A DNA stretch of 64,000 nucleotides, from NCBI GenBank assembly GCA_965262915.1, contig OZ253564.1:3232001-3296000 (forward strand). Direction: 5' to 3'. Positions 63,261 to 64,000 of this stretch are shown here, in pieces. The translations under genes were made by a program, and so were the position numbers. The DNA comes from Candidatus Spongiisociaceae bacterium. Lineage in GTDB: Bacteria > Actinomycetota > Acidimicrobiia > Spongiisociales > Spongiisociaceae. The notes beneath the pieces were generated by a model. It had not been told where the DNA came from. It saw only the letters and a program-made list of their open reading frames with translations, and did not search any database. Position 1 is the stretch's first letter. Each line of letters begins with the position of its first letter.

Positions 63261-64000
63261 TCACAACTTCATGGAGGAGTCGACGCCGACCGACCAGGGA
63301 GTGTAGTCGCCTTGTTCGAGGCGGTGCGAGGCGGCCGCTCCGATCATGGCGCCGTTGTCGGTACACATGACCGGCCTCGGCAGGAACAACCCGATGCCCC
63401 GCCGGTCCGCCTCTTCCTGCAGGCGAAGACGCAGGCGCCGGTTGGCCAGCACACCCCCACCACCCCCCACTATCTCGACACGGTGATCCTCCACCGCGTT
63501 CATGGTCTTGCCCACCAGCACATCGACGATCGCCTCTTGAATCGAAGCAGCCGCGTCTTCGATGCACGGTAGCGATCCCGATGCCCGGGCCTTCTCGAGC
63601 CGCGTCACCACCGATGTCTTGAGGCCGGAGAACGAGAAGTCGTACCTGCGGTGGGCCAGGGCACGAGGGAACCTGATCGCTTCGGGATCACCCCGCTCGG
63701 ACAGGGCGTCGATGGCCGGTCCGCCGGGGAACCCGAGACCCATGAACCTGGCCAGCTTGTCGAAGGCTTCCCCGGCGGCATCGTCGATGGTCTGACCCAG
63801 GACCCGGTAGTCGCCCCATCCGTTCACCAGGACCACCTGGCTGTGGCCACCCGAAGCCAGGAGCACCACCGCCGGGGGCCGGAAGTCGTCAAAGTCCAGC
63901 CGGGGGGCGAACAGATGGCCCTCCATGTGGTCGATGCCGATGAAGGGAAGGCCCCGGCTCCAGGCCATGGCCTTGGCGAACGAGAACCCCACCAGCAGTG
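63261..64000 (-). CDS. tsaD: tRNA t6A threonylcarbamoyltransferase, 5'-partial
   Basis: [36 protein letters not shown]. Confidence 0.97.
   Translation of the reverse strand, partial: LLVGFSFAKAMAWSRGLPFIGIDHMEGHLFAPRLDFDDFRPPAVVLLASGGHSQVVLVNGWGDYRVLGQTIDDAAGEAFDKLARFMGLGFPGGPAIDALSERGDPEAIRFPRALAHRRYDFSFSGLKTSVVTRLEKARASGSLPCIEDAAASIQEAIVDVLVGKTMNAVEDHRVEIVGGGGGVLANRRLRLRLQEEADRRGIGLFLPRPVMCTDNGAMIGAAASHRLEQGDYTPWSVGVDSSMKL

Overview
High-GC, actinobacterial-type DNA, with gene content and order suggesting Acidimicrobiia (inference). (1) About 1-940: mobile debris, namely an IS982 fragment, a truncated secreted-protein gene, a 188-bp IS1380-like MITE and a 25-bp tandem repeat. (2) About 942-34565: a ~33.6-kb genomic island bounded by a 27-bp direct repeat of the 3' end of tRNA-Ala(CGC), with no recognisable integrase. 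It carries a catabolic toolkit: three MlrC/M81 metallopeptidases, six intact SDRs plus remnants, D-aminoacylase, DSD1-type PLP lyase, class III aminotransferase, UxuA-like dehydratase, SMP-30 lactonase, amidohydrolase, PhyH dioxygenase, Zn-ADH, a polar amino acid ABC transporter whose binding protein is a near-perfect internal duplication, and a Dpp/Opp transporter. (3) 34538-64000: backbone. It begins with the actinobacterial galU-moeA-moaC-sepX/glpR-like-tRNA-Ala locus, with a Translin/Trax (C3PO)-family gene just before the tRNA. Next is a ~6.1-kb cargo block bracketed by inverted copies of a 101-bp MITE (four copies in the window) with an abutting IS630. The rest is plsY, FmdB-type Zn ribbon, mobA, SAF protein, uppP, mrp, acnA, TlpA, flavin reductase, GGT, F420 LLM oxidoreductase, D-cysteine desulfhydrase-family enzyme, a DUF4160/DUF2442 pair, groEL-groES with tandem CIRCE sites, and partial tsaD. 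All calls come from motif and pattern recognition; no searches were run.
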